In this document: positions 18,582 to 28,538 of the stretch, piece after piece | Layout of the letters: every line of letters begins with the position of its first letter | Position numbering within the stretch: position 1 is the first letter of the stretch | DNA from: an uncultured Anaerovibrio sp. | GTDB taxonomy: Bacteria > Bacillota > Negativicutes > Selenomonadales > Selenomonadaceae | Direction of reading: 5' to 3' | NCBI RefSeq assembly: GCF_947302755.1 | Contig: NZ_CAMYWM010000001.1 | Location: 625-64,624, forward strand | Length of the DNA stretch: 64,000 nt | Notes under the pieces: model-generated | Databases searched by the model: none | What the model saw: only the letters and a program-made list of their open reading frames with translations | What the model was told of the DNA's origin: nothing | Program-made: the position numbers and the translations under genes

Positions 18582-19766
18582 GTGAATGTGAGCAGATTTA
18601 TACCTTTATCTATACCGAATTTTGAAGGTAATGAACGGAAATATGTAGATGATGCCATTGATCAGGGGTGGGTATCCACTGGTGGTGCCTATATTACCAA
18701 GCTAGAGGAAAAGCTGGCAGGTTTTTTACATACAGATAATGTGGCAGCTTGTCAGAGCGGTACCGCTGCGCTGCATCTTTCAATGGTGGAGGCTGGTGTA
18801 CGGCCAGGCGATGTGGTTTTGGTTCCGCCACTTACCTTTATTGCAGCGGTAAATCCGGTAAAGTATCAGTTTGCTACTCCTGTATTTATCGATTGTGATG
18901 ACAGTTTTTGTATGTCTCCAGTAAAATTACAGGCATTTTGTGAAAATGAGTGCAGCTTTGATGGAAATCAGCTTCGTTATAATAATCAGCCAGTTAAGGC
19001 TGTAGTCGTGGTTCACATATTTGGCAATATGGCGGATATGGTGGCCATTATGGATATTGCTCAAAAGTATAACCTCAAAGTAGTTGAGGATGCTACCGAG
19101 GCCTTGGGTAGTAAATTTACAGCTGGTCCATTGGCGGGGCAATATGCTGGTACTATTGGTGATTTTGGCTGCTACTCCTTCAATGGGAATAAGATTATTA
19201 CCACTGGTGGCGGTGGTGCGGTTACGGCCAATAACACCAAAGTGGTAGACCATCTTCGTTATTTATCCACACAGGCAAAAAATGATGTGCATTATTACAT
19301 TCATAACGAGGTTGGTTATAACTATCGCATGACTAATCTTCAAGCCGCCTTGGGGGTGGCTCAGATGGAAGAACTGCCAGAGTTTATCCGCCGTAAGCAG
19401 GCTAATTTTCAGCTATACTGTGAATTGTTTGATAGTTTCGAGTTTGGTAAAATGGTAGGATTCCGCGATGATATTGATTCAAATATGTGGTTCTATTCTC
19501 TGGAAATAAATCGTGATAAGGTGAAAAACTCTATGCGGGATATCATTACGGCGTTGGAAAAATGTGGGATTCAGACTAGAGCTATATGGGGGCTTATTAA
19601 TGAGCAGATACCATATAAGAATGAGGTAACCTACGAGCTAGAAAAAGCACCGTATTATGCTAAGAGGATCTTAAATTTGCCGTCCAGTACCCAAATAACC
19701 AAAGCGGAAATTGAGTATGTGGTCGAGCAGGTAAAGAAAGTGTTAGGTGATTTTGCTCATGGATAA
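18582..19766 (+). CDS. DegT/DnrJ/EryC1-family sugar aminotransferase (LegC/PglE-like)
   Basis: Motifs CQSGTAALHL, FNGNKIITTGGGGAV (PLP lysine) and GYNYRMTNLQAALG. GTG start after AAGGAG. Confidence 0.85.
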   Translation: MNVSRFIPLSIPNFEGNERKYVDDAIDQGWVSTGGAYITKLEEKLAGFLHTDNVAACQSGTAALHLSMVEAGVRPGDVVLVPPLTFIAAVNPVKYQFATPVFIDCDDSFCMSPVKLQAFCENECSFDGNQLRYNNQPVKAVVVVHIFGNMADMVAIMDIAQKYNLKVVEDATEALGSKFTAGPLAGQYAGTIGDFGCYSFNGNKIITTGGGGAVTANNTKVVDHLRYLSTQAKNDVHYYIHNEVGYNYRMTNLQAALGVAQMEELPEFIRRKQANFQLYCELFDSFEFGKMVGFRDDIDSNMWFYSLEINRDKVKNSMRDIITALEKCGIQTRAIWGLINEQIPYKNEVTYELEKAPYYAKRILNLPSSTQITKAEIEYVVEQVKKVLGDFAHG

Positions 19767-20838
19767 GGAGCGAATGCAGGAGTTTTTAGCAAAATTGCCA
19801 TTGTCTGTAGTTGAGGCCATGGCAATGATAGATAGTCATGCCCACGATGCTGGATTGGTATTTATTGTTGATGAAATAAATAGACTGGTTGGCTGTATAA
19901 CAGATGGAGATATTCGTCGTTGGATATTAAAGGGCGGTGAAGTGAATGCTCCGGCAGAAAAAGTTATGTACAAAACGCCTATATATTTGTCCGAACGTGA
20001 TGCAGCCAATGCAAAGGCGGTATTGATTAAGGAAAGCATTACCGCCGTTCCCATTGTGGATGATGATAATAAAATTGTTGATATTGCGCTGTCACGAGAA
20101 GTAAGTAACATAAAAAACAGGAAAAAGAGGCTAAAAGGTGTTCCGGTGGTCATAATGGCTGGCGGTAAAGGTACTCGGCTTTATCCATATACCAAAATAT
20201 TGCCTAAGCCCCTTATTCCTATTGGAGACACCCCTATAGTGGAGCGAATCATTGATTGTTACGTGGAATATGGTATTGACAAATACTATATGACGGTTAA
20301 TTATAAAAAGGGAATGCTTCGATCCTATTTCAATGATTTGGCACCAAACTACGGCATAAAATTCGTGGAGGAGGATAAGCCATTAGGAACTGGTGGCAGC
20401 ATCAAGTTGATTGAAGATAAGTTTGACAGACCACTATTTGTTACCAATTGTGATGCACTTATTCGGGCAGATTACTCGGATATCTATGAACATCATATTA
20501 AGTGCGGGAATGATATTACAATGGTAGTTGCCCTGAAGAATATCACAGTGCCCTATGGTGTGGTGAATTCCGGGGAGAACGGCGAGTTACTCTCTATGGA
20601 AGAAAAACCTACCCTATCCTATTTCATTAATACAGGTATGTATATCATCAACCCTGAAACCATTGACTTGATACCGGATGCTACCATGTTCCACATGACG
20701 CATTTGGTGGAAAAGGTGATGAAACAGGGGGGCAAGGTTGGCACTTACCCTATAAGTGAGGATTCCTTCCTGGATATGGGTGAGTTTGAGGAAATGAAAC
20801 GAATGGAGCAGAAATTAAATATTATTTCTGATAAATGA
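19747..20838 (+). CDS. CBS-pair plus sugar-phosphate nucleotidyltransferase (PtmE-like); start uncertain (19747, 19759 or 19774)
   Basis: N-terminal CBS-like segments (LVGCITDGDIRRW, AVPIVDDDNKIVDI), then VVIMAGGKGTRLYPYTKILPKPLIPIG and EEDKPLGTGGS. Confidence 0.75.
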   Translation: MILLMDKERMQEFLAKLPLSVVEAMAMIDSHAHDAGLVFIVDEINRLVGCITDGDIRRWILKGGEVNAPAEKVMYKTPIYLSERDAANAKAVLIKESITAVPIVDDDNKIVDIALSREVSNIKNRKKRLKGVPVVIMAGGKGTRLYPYTKILPKPLIPIGDTPIVERIIDCYVEYGIDKYYMTVNYKKGMLRSYFNDLAPNYGIKFVEEDKPLGTGGSIKLIEDKFDRPLFVTNCDALIRADYSDIYEHHIKCGNDITMVVALKNITVPYGVVNSGENGELLSMEEKPTLSYFINTGMYIINPETIDLIPDATMFHMTHLVEKVMKQGGKVGTYPISEDSFLDMGEFEEMKRMEQKLNIISDK

Positions 20839-21410
20839 TTATGGAAGATATTGTGCTGGTTGGCTTTGGCGGTCATGCCAAAAGCGTGGCTGACTGTCTT
20901 GAACGGGAAGAAAAATATCATATTGTTGGTTATACAGATATGCAGGCAGCAACTTCCCAGTATGCATATTTGGGCACTGATGACAAGCTGCAGGCCATTT
21001 TTGACCGCGGTGTAAAAAATGCTGTTATTGGTATTGGCTATATGGGACGGGGAGCTATTCGGCAGCAGCTTTATAGTAAACTGAAAGAAATAGGTTTTGA
21101 GTTACCTGTTATCGTTGATCCATCTGCTATTGTTTCTGCCACAGCACTCATTGGCGAAGGTACTTTCGTGGGCAAGGGTGCCATAGTAAATGCCGAAGCA
21201 AAAATTGGGAAAATGACCATCATTAATACTAAAGCACTTGTGGAGCATGAGTGTGTAGTGGGGGATTTTGCCCATGTGGCTGTAGGAGCTGTGTTGTGCG
21301 GACAGGTGGAGATTGGCGAAGGAGCTTTTATCGGGGCGAATGCCACTGTTATTCAGTGCCGAAAAGTGGAGCCAAATACTGTAATTCCGGCAGGGGCAAC
21401 TATCAGATAA
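20835..21410 (+). CDS. NeuD/PglD-family sugar N-acetyltransferase (hexapeptide repeat)
   Basis: N-terminal VLVGFGGHAKSV, then left-handed beta-helix repeats (IGEGTFVGKGAIVNAEAKIG ... VEIGEGAFIGANATV). Confidence 0.8.
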   Translation: MIMEDIVLVGFGGHAKSVADCLEREEKYHIVGYTDMQAATSQYAYLGTDDKLQAIFDRGVKNAVIGIGYMGRGAIRQQLYSKLKEIGFELPVIVDPSAIVSATALIGEGTFVGKGAIVNAEAKIGKMTIINTKALVEHECVVGDFAHVAVGAVLCGQVEIGEGAFIGANATVIQCRKVEPNTVIPAGATIR

Positions 21411-21412
21411 GG

Positions 21413-22417
21413 ATGAAGGTTATGCAAAAGGTGTTGATTATTGCCGAGGCTGGCGTTAATCATAATGGAGATATAAATATTGCCAAAAGGCTGATAGATG
21501 AGGCTAAAAGAAGCGGAGCGGATATTGTGAAGTTTCAGACCTTTAATCCACAAAAGCTGGCTTCGAAATATGCGACAATGGCGGAATATCAAAAGGATAA
21601 TCTGGGCCGGGAAGAATCACAGGAAGCAATGCTCAGCAAGTTGACACTGAGTTGGGGCGAATATGTGGAGTTGGCGGAGTATTGTAAAAAGATAGGTATT
21701 AAATTCTTGTCTACTCCGTTTGAAAGCGAAAGTATTCATTTCTTGGATGATTTGCAGGATATATGGAAAATCCCGTCTGGGGAAATTACCAATTATCCTT
21801 ATCTGGTGGATATTGCCAAGACTGGAAAAGAGGTTATTCTTTCTACGGGAATGAGTAATATTGATGAGGTTAAAGGGGCCATTGATGTTTTGAAGAAACA
21901 TGGCGCAGGAAAAATCACGCTGCTCCATTGTACCACTAATTATCCAACTCCGATGGATGATGTTAATCTTAGGGCTATGCTGACGCTTGAAAAGGAATGT
22001 GGCTGTGCGGTAGGCTATTCTGACCATACGCAGGGAATAGAAGTCCCTATTGCGGCTGTGGCCATGGGGGCAACCGTAATTGAAAAGCATTTTACCCTTG
22101 ACAGGAATATGGATGGACCTGATCATAAGGCCAGCTTGGAGCCAGATGAGTTAAAGGCAATGGTTTCTGCCATTAGAAATGTGGAGAAGGCTATGGGAGA
22201 TGGCAATAAAGTACCGTCACCATCCGAAATGGCCAATATAGCTGTGGTCAGAAAGAGCATTATTGCAGCCAAGGACATAAGGGCCGGTGAAATTTTTTCT
22301 GAGGAAAATTTGACGACCAAACGGCCGGGAACAGGAATCAATCCAATGCGTTGGAATGAGGTTTTAGGGCAAAAAGCTAAACGGGATTTTGCAGAGGATG
22401 AACTGATAGAGTTATGA
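21413..22417 (+). CDS. Nonulosonic acid synthase (NeuB/LegI family)
   Basis: Motifs IIAEAGVNHNGD, GADIVKFQTF, KIPSGEITNYP, STGMS, LLHCTTNYP, GYSDHT, EKHFTLD, plus a C-terminal SAF-like domain. The internal ATG was chosen because the 21251 extension overlaps the acetyltransferase gene. Confidence 0.9.
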   Translation: MKVMQKVLIIAEAGVNHNGDINIAKRLIDEAKRSGADIVKFQTFNPQKLASKYATMAEYQKDNLGREESQEAMLSKLTLSWGEYVELAEYCKKIGIKFLSTPFESESIHFLDDLQDIWKIPSGEITNYPYLVDIAKTGKEVILSTGMSNIDEVKGAIDVLKKHGAGKITLLHCTTNYPTPMDDVNLRAMLTLEKECGCAVGYSDHTQGIEVPIAAVAMGATVIEKHFTLDRNMDGPDHKASLEPDELKAMVSAIRNVEKAMGDGNKVPSPSEMANIAVVRKSIIAAKDIRAGEIFSEENLTTKRPGTGINPMRWNEVLGQKAKRDFAEDELIEL

Positions 22418-23568
22418 AGAAAATAGCTGTTGTCACTGCAACAAGGGCCGAGTATGGCCTTCTGTCGCCAGTAATAAAAGAATTACGAAAACAGGAAACC
22501 GCAGATTTTAAGGTCGATTTAATTGTCACCGGAACTCATCTTAGTGAAAAATATGGAATGACTTTAAATGAGATTGATGAAAGAGTTGATTGTAAATTAC
22601 CTATTTCGGTTGAATCTGATACAGAATTGGATATTTCCCAAAATCAGGCTGAGGTATTGGTAAAATTTACTGAGTTATTCGTCAAAGAACAATATAAAGC
22701 GGTTCTTCTGCTTGGTGACAGATATGAAACCCTGACTGTTGCTATTGCGGCTGGAAATACGAGGACACCGATTTTCCATCTCTGTGGCGGTGATACTACA
22801 GAGGGAGCATTGGATGAGTGGATTAGGCACTCTATTACCAAAATGAGTTATCTACATTTTGTGACTAATGAGGATAGCCGCAAGCGGGTAATGCAGCTGG
22901 GTGAATCACCTGATAGGGTGTTTAACTATGGGTCTACCAGCATAGATAATATTTTGCATGTTGCTGATATGACCAAAACTGAGGCACTGCAAAGTATCGG
23001 CTTGGGTGATTGTAAATATGCTCTTTGTACCTATCACCCAGTGACTATGGATAATGGCAATGTTGATGAGCTAATAAAGGCTTTTCTTGCGGCGATTAAG
23101 GCATTTCCAGAGTTACAGTTCATTGTAACCAAATCCAATGCCGACCAGGGCGGGGCCAGGATAAATGAGTTGCTGGATGAAGCCGAAAAGCAGATAGATA
23201 ATCTTCATGTATATACTTCCCTCGGAGTGAGACGGTATTTGTCATTGATGAAGTATGCTGAGTTGGTGCTGGGTAACTCTTCCAGTGGTATAATAGAAAC
23301 GCCGGCTTTTCGTGTGCCAACGGTAAATATTGGAGATAGACAACGGGGAAGACTGCAGTCCGTAAGCATTATTAACTCTGATGTAGATAAAAACAGCATT
23401 GTGAATGCAATCAGACAAGCATTATCTGATGAACATAAAATCATTTGTAAAAGTGTGATCAGCCCGTATGGTGATGGTACCGCAGCGGAGAAAATTGCGA
23501 AAAAGATAGTTGAAATCGTTACAAATGGCACGATAGACTTGAAAAAGAATTTTTATATTGTATCATAG
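22414..23568 (+). CDS. Hydrolysing NDP-HexNAc 2-epimerase (NeuC/LegG family)
   Basis: Motifs IAVVTATRAEYGLLSPV, LLGDRYE, HLCGGDTTEGALDE, GNSSSGIIETPAF..PTVNIGDRQRGR. Confidence 0.85.
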   Translation: MKKIAVVTATRAEYGLLSPVIKELRKQETADFKVDLIVTGTHLSEKYGMTLNEIDERVDCKLPISVESDTELDISQNQAEVLVKFTELFVKEQYKAVLLLGDRYETLTVAIAAGNTRTPIFHLCGGDTTEGALDEWIRHSITKMSYLHFVTNEDSRKRVMQLGESPDRVFNYGSTSIDNILHVADMTKTEALQSIGLGDCKYALCTYHPVTMDNGNVDELIKAFLAAIKAFPELQFIVTKSNADQGGARINELLDEAEKQIDNLHVYTSLGVRRYLSLMKYAELVLGNSSSGIIETPAFRVPTVNIGDRQRGRLQSVSIINSDVDKNSIVNAIRQALSDEHKIICKSVISPYGDGTAAEKIAKKIVEIVTNGTIDLKKNFYIVS

Positions 23569-23588
23569 ACGAAGAAAGGTTGAGTATT

Positions 23589-24584
23589 ATGAATGCGATT
23601 GTCGTCGGTCTTGGCTCAATGGGAAGACGAAGAGCCAGATTGCTACATGATTTAGACAAAACTATAAAAATAATTGGTGTGGATATGCAAGATTCCCGCA
23701 GAAAACAAGCTGAGGATGAATTGGGGATTGTAACTTGTGAGACGATTGAAAAGGCATGTAAGGAATATCAACCAGATATGGCATTTGTTTCCACCTCGCC
23801 GTTATCACATGCAGCAATTATAAATGAGTGTCTGGAGAATAATCTCCATGTTTTCACTGAGTTAAACTTAGTTACTAATGGCTATGACGAGAATGTTAAG
23901 CTGGCCCAAACCAAAGGAAAAAAATTGTTTTTGTCGTCGACGTTCCTTTATAGAAAAGAGATTCAATATATAAAGCAAGCCGTTTCTTCTGCTGGATGCC
24001 CGCTTTCGTATATGTATCATGCCGGGCAATATTTACCAGATTGGCATCCTTGGGAAAGCTACAAGGACTTTTTCATAGGAAAAAAAGAGACAAACGGTTG
24101 TCGCGAGTTTATGGCAATCGAATTTCCATGGTTGATTGATGTTTTTGGCAATATAAAGTCTATTAAATCGATTAAAGGAAATGACAGCAGTCTGGATATT
24201 GATTTTGCCGATATATACCACATTATGATAGAACATGAGACTGGTCATAAAGGAATGATTACTGTTGATGTCGTTTCGCGGAAGGCTGTCCGCAATATGG
24301 AAATATCAGGTGAAAAGCTCTATTTAACTTGGCATGGAACCCCGGATTCCCTGAAGGTTTATGACTATGACAACAAGCTGGATAAGGATATAGTTCTATA
24401 TGATTCAGTAGAAAACAGAGCTGGATATAGTGCATTTATCATTGAAGATGCATATAGAAGTGAAATTGAGAATTTCCTGAATGTGGTTGCAGGGAAAGAA
24501 AAAGCCAAATACTCGTTTGAACAGGACAAAAGAGTTCTTTCAATAATAGATGAGATTGAAGAAAGTGAGGATAACTTAAAATGA
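23589..24584 (+). CDS. Gfo/Idh/MocA-like oxidoreductase, intact paralog of 26706-27687
   Basis: Motifs MNAIVVGLGSMGRRRA and YHAGQYLPDWHPWES, shared almost verbatim with the split gene downstream. RBS GAAAGG lies 9 nt upstream of the ATG at 23589. Confidence 0.6.
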   Translation: MNAIVVGLGSMGRRRARLLHDLDKTIKIIGVDMQDSRRKQAEDELGIVTCETIEKACKEYQPDMAFVSTSPLSHAAIINECLENNLHVFTELNLVTNGYDENVKLAQTKGKKLFLSSTFLYRKEIQYIKQAVSSAGCPLSYMYHAGQYLPDWHPWESYKDFFIGKKETNGCREFMAIEFPWLIDVFGNIKSIKSIKGNDSSLDIDFADIYHIMIEHETGHKGMITVDVVSRKAVRNMEISGEKLYLTWHGTPDSLKVYDYDNKLDKDIVLYDSVENRAGYSAFIIEDAYRSEIENFLNVVAGKEKAKYSFEQDKRVLSIIDEIEESEDNLK

Positions 24585-25882
24585 CACAAAATGAGATTTA
24601 TGGCAAAAAGGCACATGAGCTGATTCCAGCCGGTGCACATACTTATAGCAGAACAGATGAGGTTTTTCCAGAAAATGCTCCGCGTGTATTCAGTCATACA
24701 AAGGGAGTTTATGCCTGGGATGTTGATGGAAATAAATATTTGGATTTTGCCATGGCGTGCCGCTCAGTAACTATTGGCTATGATTATGAGCGGATTTCAA
24801 ATGCTGCCATTGCCCAGATTCATAACGGAAATACAGCAAGTAAGGCTTCCAAGGTTGAGGTTGATGCTGCCCAGACTATGGTTGATCTTATTCCGTGGAT
24901 TGATATGGTTAAGTTTGCTAAAAATGGTTCCACGGTAACTTCGGCTGCCACTAAGCTTGCCAGGGCATATACTGGCAGAAAATATATCGTACGGTGCAAG
25001 GAGCATTCTTTTTTCTCCTACGATGACTGGTTTATTGGTGATACTGTCATGGATGGCGGTATTCCAAAGGATATTAAGGATTTAACACTGCAGTTCAATT
25101 ACAATGATATAGCATCTGTTAAGAGTGTATTTGAAAAGTATAAGGGCCAGATTGCCTGCCTTATTATGGAGCCGGTTGATGACCAGGAGCCAACAAATAA
25201 TTTCCTGCAGGAAGTTGGCAAACTTTGTAAGGAATATGGTGTAGTGTATATTTTGGATGAAATGATTACCGGATTCCGTTGGGATTTACAAGGTGCTTGC
25301 AAATATTATGGTGTAGAACCAGATTTGGTGACCTACGGCAAGGGAATGGCCAATGGCTTCTCTGTAGCAGCTCTTGGTGGAAAGCGAGAGATTATGGACT
25401 TGGGTGGACTTACACCTGGCAAGGAAAGAGTGTTCCTGATCTCGACCACCCATGGTGCAGAGATGAGCAGCCTGGGCGCATTTATTGAAACTGTAAAAGT
25501 ATACAAAGAATTAAATGTTACAGATCATATTTGGGCAATGGGTAAAAAGCTTTGTTCCGGGCTTCGTGATTTAGCCAAAGAGTATTCTTTGGAAGATTAT
25601 TTTTATATCACTGGGGCTGAATGCTCACCTAATATGGTTATTTGCGGTAATGACAAAAAGCCATCCTTTGAGCATAGAACAGTATTTTGCCAGGAAATGC
25701 TAAAGGCTGGAATTTTGATGCCGTATATTGCCATTGCATATGAACACAATGACAAGGAGATAGATATGGCCTTGGAAGCTGCCCGGAAAGCTATGAAGGT
25801 GTTGTCTGATTCGTTAAACGGCAATGTTAATGACTTTATTATTGGCAATGTTATTAAACCTGTTTTCAGAAAATATAACTGA
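24581..25882 (+). CDS. Class-III (GSA-aminomutase-like) PLP aminotransferase
   Basis: Motifs ILDEMITGFRW and VTYGKGMANGFSVAALGGKREIM, parallel to the hemL block at the start of the window. Confidence 0.8.
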   Translation: MTQNEIYGKKAHELIPAGAHTYSRTDEVFPENAPRVFSHTKGVYAWDVDGNKYLDFAMACRSVTIGYDYERISNAAIAQIHNGNTASKASKVEVDAAQTMVDLIPWIDMVKFAKNGSTVTSAATKLARAYTGRKYIVRCKEHSFFSYDDWFIGDTVMDGGIPKDIKDLTLQFNYNDIASVKSVFEKYKGQIACLIMEPVDDQEPTNNFLQEVGKLCKEYGVVYILDEMITGFRWDLQGACKYYGVEPDLVTYGKGMANGFSVAALGGKREIMDLGGLTPGKERVFLISTTHGAEMSSLGAFIETVKVYKELNVTDHIWAMGKKLCSGLRDLAKEYSLEDYFYITGAECSPNMVICGNDKKPSFEHRTVFCQEMLKAGILMPYIAIAYEHNDKEIDMALEAARKAMKVLSDSLNGNVNDFIIGNVIKPVFRKYN

Positions 25883-25992
25883 TTTTTATTGCGCATTAAG
25901 GCGGCACCCTAATTGTAGATATGGTATATTATTATCTGCTATTAGCGAGGTATAGAAAGGTGGAGAATGTATCCGCCGCAGATACATAATTG

Positions 25993-26709
25993 ATGTATAA
26001 GGGAAAAAAGATTTTGGCGGTTGTGACGGCTCGGGGGGGCTCCAAAGGACTTCCTGGCAAAAATATACGGCCAATGCACGGTAAACCACTGATACAGTGG
26101 ACTATTAAATCCGCTCATAATAGTAAGTATTTGGATAAGTTGTTCATTTCCACAGATAGCCTGGAAATTGCTGATGTTTGTGAAATGGCGGGTGCACCGG
26201 TTCCGGAACTGAGACCGGAGGAACTGGCCCAGGACAAGTCATCATCGATGGATGTGCTGGTATATACACTGGAATTGCTGGAAAAACAAGGAGAAAAATA
26301 TGACTATTTGATTCTGCTGGAACCGACCTCACCTCTTCGTAAAGAACAGGATATAGACAAGATGATCGAGCTGGCGGTAGATAATCCTGAGGCTGATGGG
26401 GTTATTTCTGTGGGCCGGGTCCACTTGGAGCATCCGTCTATTGTGAAAAAAATAGACGAAAATGGGTTTATTTGTCCGTATTTTGAGCATGTACCAACCT
26501 TTTATCAAAGACAGGAAGAAGATGCGGCATATTTCCCATATGGGGTAGGTTATCTGGTTCGGGTGGACAGGTTTAAAGAAACTCATGCTGTCTACATGGA
26601 AAAAATGTTGCCATATTATATCGAAAGATGGCAGAACTATGAGATAGACGATATCTATGATTTTGAGTGTATTGAAAAAATAATGGAGCTGGAGGAACAG
26701 TATAAATGA
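25993..26709 (+). CDS. CMP-nonulosonic acid synthetase (NeuA/LegF family cytidylyltransferase)
   Basis: Motif ILAVVTARGGSKGLPGKNIRPMHGKPLI. About 239 aa. Confidence 0.85.
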   Translation: MYKGKKILAVVTARGGSKGLPGKNIRPMHGKPLIQWTIKSAHNSKYLDKLFISTDSLEIADVCEMAGAPVPELRPEELAQDKSSSMDVLVYTLELLEKQGEKYDYLILLEPTSPLRKEQDIDKMIELAVDNPEADGVISVGRVHLEHPSIVKKIDENGFICPYFEHVPTFYQRQEEDAAYFPYGVGYLVRVDRFKETHAVYMEKMLPYYIERWQNYEIDDIYDFECIEKIMELEEQYK

Positions 26710-27687
26710 GTTGTTATTATGTTAAAGGCCTGGGCTCAATGGGTAAGCGTCGTGTGCGTTGCCTTATGGCACTGGGCGTAAAGCCAGAGAATATCTGGGG
26801 AAATGATATAAGACAGGATCGGTGTGATGAAGCCAAGGAAAAGTATGGTATCAATATAGTGGATGATGAATCAGAGCTGGATTTTGACAAGATTGATGCT
26901 GTTATTGTATCCTTGCCACCGGATAAGCATAAAATTGGTGTTGATATAGCTGTTAAATACCATAAGCCTGTTTTCGTGGAAGCCAGTGTGGTTCTTGAGG
27001 AAAAACGATAGCAATGGCATTTTTGTTGCGCCTTCCTGCACATTTGTTTTCCATCCTATGGTTAAGGAAATAAAGAAGATCGTTGAAACTGGCAAATTGG
27101 GCAAGATGTGCAATTTCTCATACCATAGTGGCCAGTATTTACCTGATTGGCACCCATGGGAAAGTGTAAATGATTTTTATGTAGGCAATCGGTTGACTGG
27201 TGGGGCTAGAGAAATAGTTCCTTATGAATTAACCTGGCTGACAGATGTTTTTGGGTTCCCAAAAGAAATTAAGGGATATTTCCGTAAGACAGGCGATATT
27301 GGCTGTGATATAGAGGACAGCTATGCAAGCACTATCGACTATGGTGATTCCATAGGTACCCTGATTGTCGATGTAATGAGCCGTTATCCAGCCAGAAACC
27401 TTATTATCAATTTCCAGAATGGCCAGATTCAGTGGAAATGGGATGAGGAGCGTCTGACTGTATATAATGCAGCGGATGGAACTACTACATATATAAAACA
27501 GGAAAAGCAGCCGCATGAAGAAGGCTATGCTGATATGATAGGCGAGCAGATGTATATCGATGAAATAGCGGCTTTCCTCGCCGGTACAAAAGATGCGAAA
27601 GCTTATCCTAGCACGGTAGATAAGGATATACAGGTCCTCAGGCTTTTGAATTCAATTGAGGATTCAGATGGAGGCTTTGACAGATAA
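26706..27687 (+). pseudogene. Gfo/Idh/MocA-like oxidoreductase split by a +1 frame change at an A5 run (27001-27005)
   Basis: The 101-aa ORF (26706-27011) matches the N-terminus of the 23589 paralog (KGLGSMGKRR). The 233-aa ORF (26986-27687) matches its C-terminal two thirds (YHSGQYLPDWHPWES). Removing one A would join them as ..VVLEENDSNGIF.. Confidence 0.75.
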
Positions 27688-27689
27688 AA

Positions 27690-28448
27690 ATGAAAGTTGC
27701 TCTTGCGCAATTCGATATAATTTGGGAGGATAAGGAATCTAATATTGCCAACGCTGAATCTCTTATTGCTGCTGCTGCAAACGATGGCTCAGACATTATA
27801 TTTTTTCCTGAAATGAGCTTTACTGGGTTTTCCATGAATACGCGTGTTACAGGGGAGAAGAACAGCTACACTGTTGACAGGATAAGCAATATTGCGAAAC
27901 AAAATGATATAGCTGTTGGTTTTGGTTGGGTGAGATGGCATGACAATAAATGTGAGAATGTTTATACTCTGTTAGATTCTTCAGGTAAAATAGTATCAGA
28001 ATATGTTAAGATGCATCCTTTTTCCTATTCCGGGGAAGATAAGTATTTTGCCGGCGGAGAGAAAGTAATGGTTGCTGATTTTAAGGGGATACCCTTCTCG
28101 ACATTCATTTGTTATGATTTGAGATTCCCTGAAATATTCCGGGCAGTTGCAAAGGATGTGCATATGATAATCGTGCCTGCATGTTGGCCTTCCAAACGTG
28201 CTGAACATTGGAAAACCTTGCTTAGGGCACGGGCAATTGAAAATCAGGTGTATATTCTGGGAATAAATTGTCAGGGAAATATCGGTGGGCTGTATTACTC
28301 CGGTGACAGTTGCGTTATTACCCCTAATGGGGATATAGCCGTATCAATGTCGAATGAGTGTGGATTATTAACTTATAACTTGATGGATGATGTTGAAGAG
28401 TATAGAAAGGGATTTCCGGTTCTCAAGGATATGAAGCCAATCCCTTAA
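27690..28448 (+). CDS. Carbon-nitrogen hydrolase (nitrilase superfamily)
   Basis: Glu-Lys-Cys triad context: FFPEMSFTGF, YVKMHPF, ICYDLRFPE. Confidence 0.8.
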   Translation: MKVALAQFDIIWEDKESNIANAESLIAAAANDGSDIIFFPEMSFTGFSMNTRVTGEKNSYTVDRISNIAKQNDIAVGFGWVRWHDNKCENVYTLLDSSGKIVSEYVKMHPFSYSGEDKYFAGGEKVMVADFKGIPFSTFICYDLRFPEIFRAVAKDVHMIIVPACWPSKRAEHWKTLLRARAIENQVYILGINCQGNIGGLYYSGDSCVITPNGDIAVSMSNECGLLTYNLMDDVEEYRKGFPVLKDMKPIP

Positions 28449-28538
28449 AAAAGGGAAAAGCGGATGTTTCAAATAATTTCTAATGTGATATTTGCAGGAG
28501 AGAATGAAGGCATAGAAGGGATTAGGTGAATTTGTCAA

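Noticed and set aside
26033-26039. G7 tract inside the conserved ARGGSK motif of the CMP-NulO synthetase, as a phase-variation switch.
   Set aside because: An identical-length G7 occurs in the housekeeping esterase (34894-34900). G7 is at or below the usual slippage threshold, and there is no evidence of heterogeneity in a single sequence.
27000-27011. Programmed +1 ribosomal frameshift at GAA AAA CGA TAG in the split oxidoreductase.
   Set aside because: P-site tRNA re-pairing in the +1 frame would be poor, and there is no upstream SD-like stimulator. A simple 1-nt indel in the A-run explains the data.
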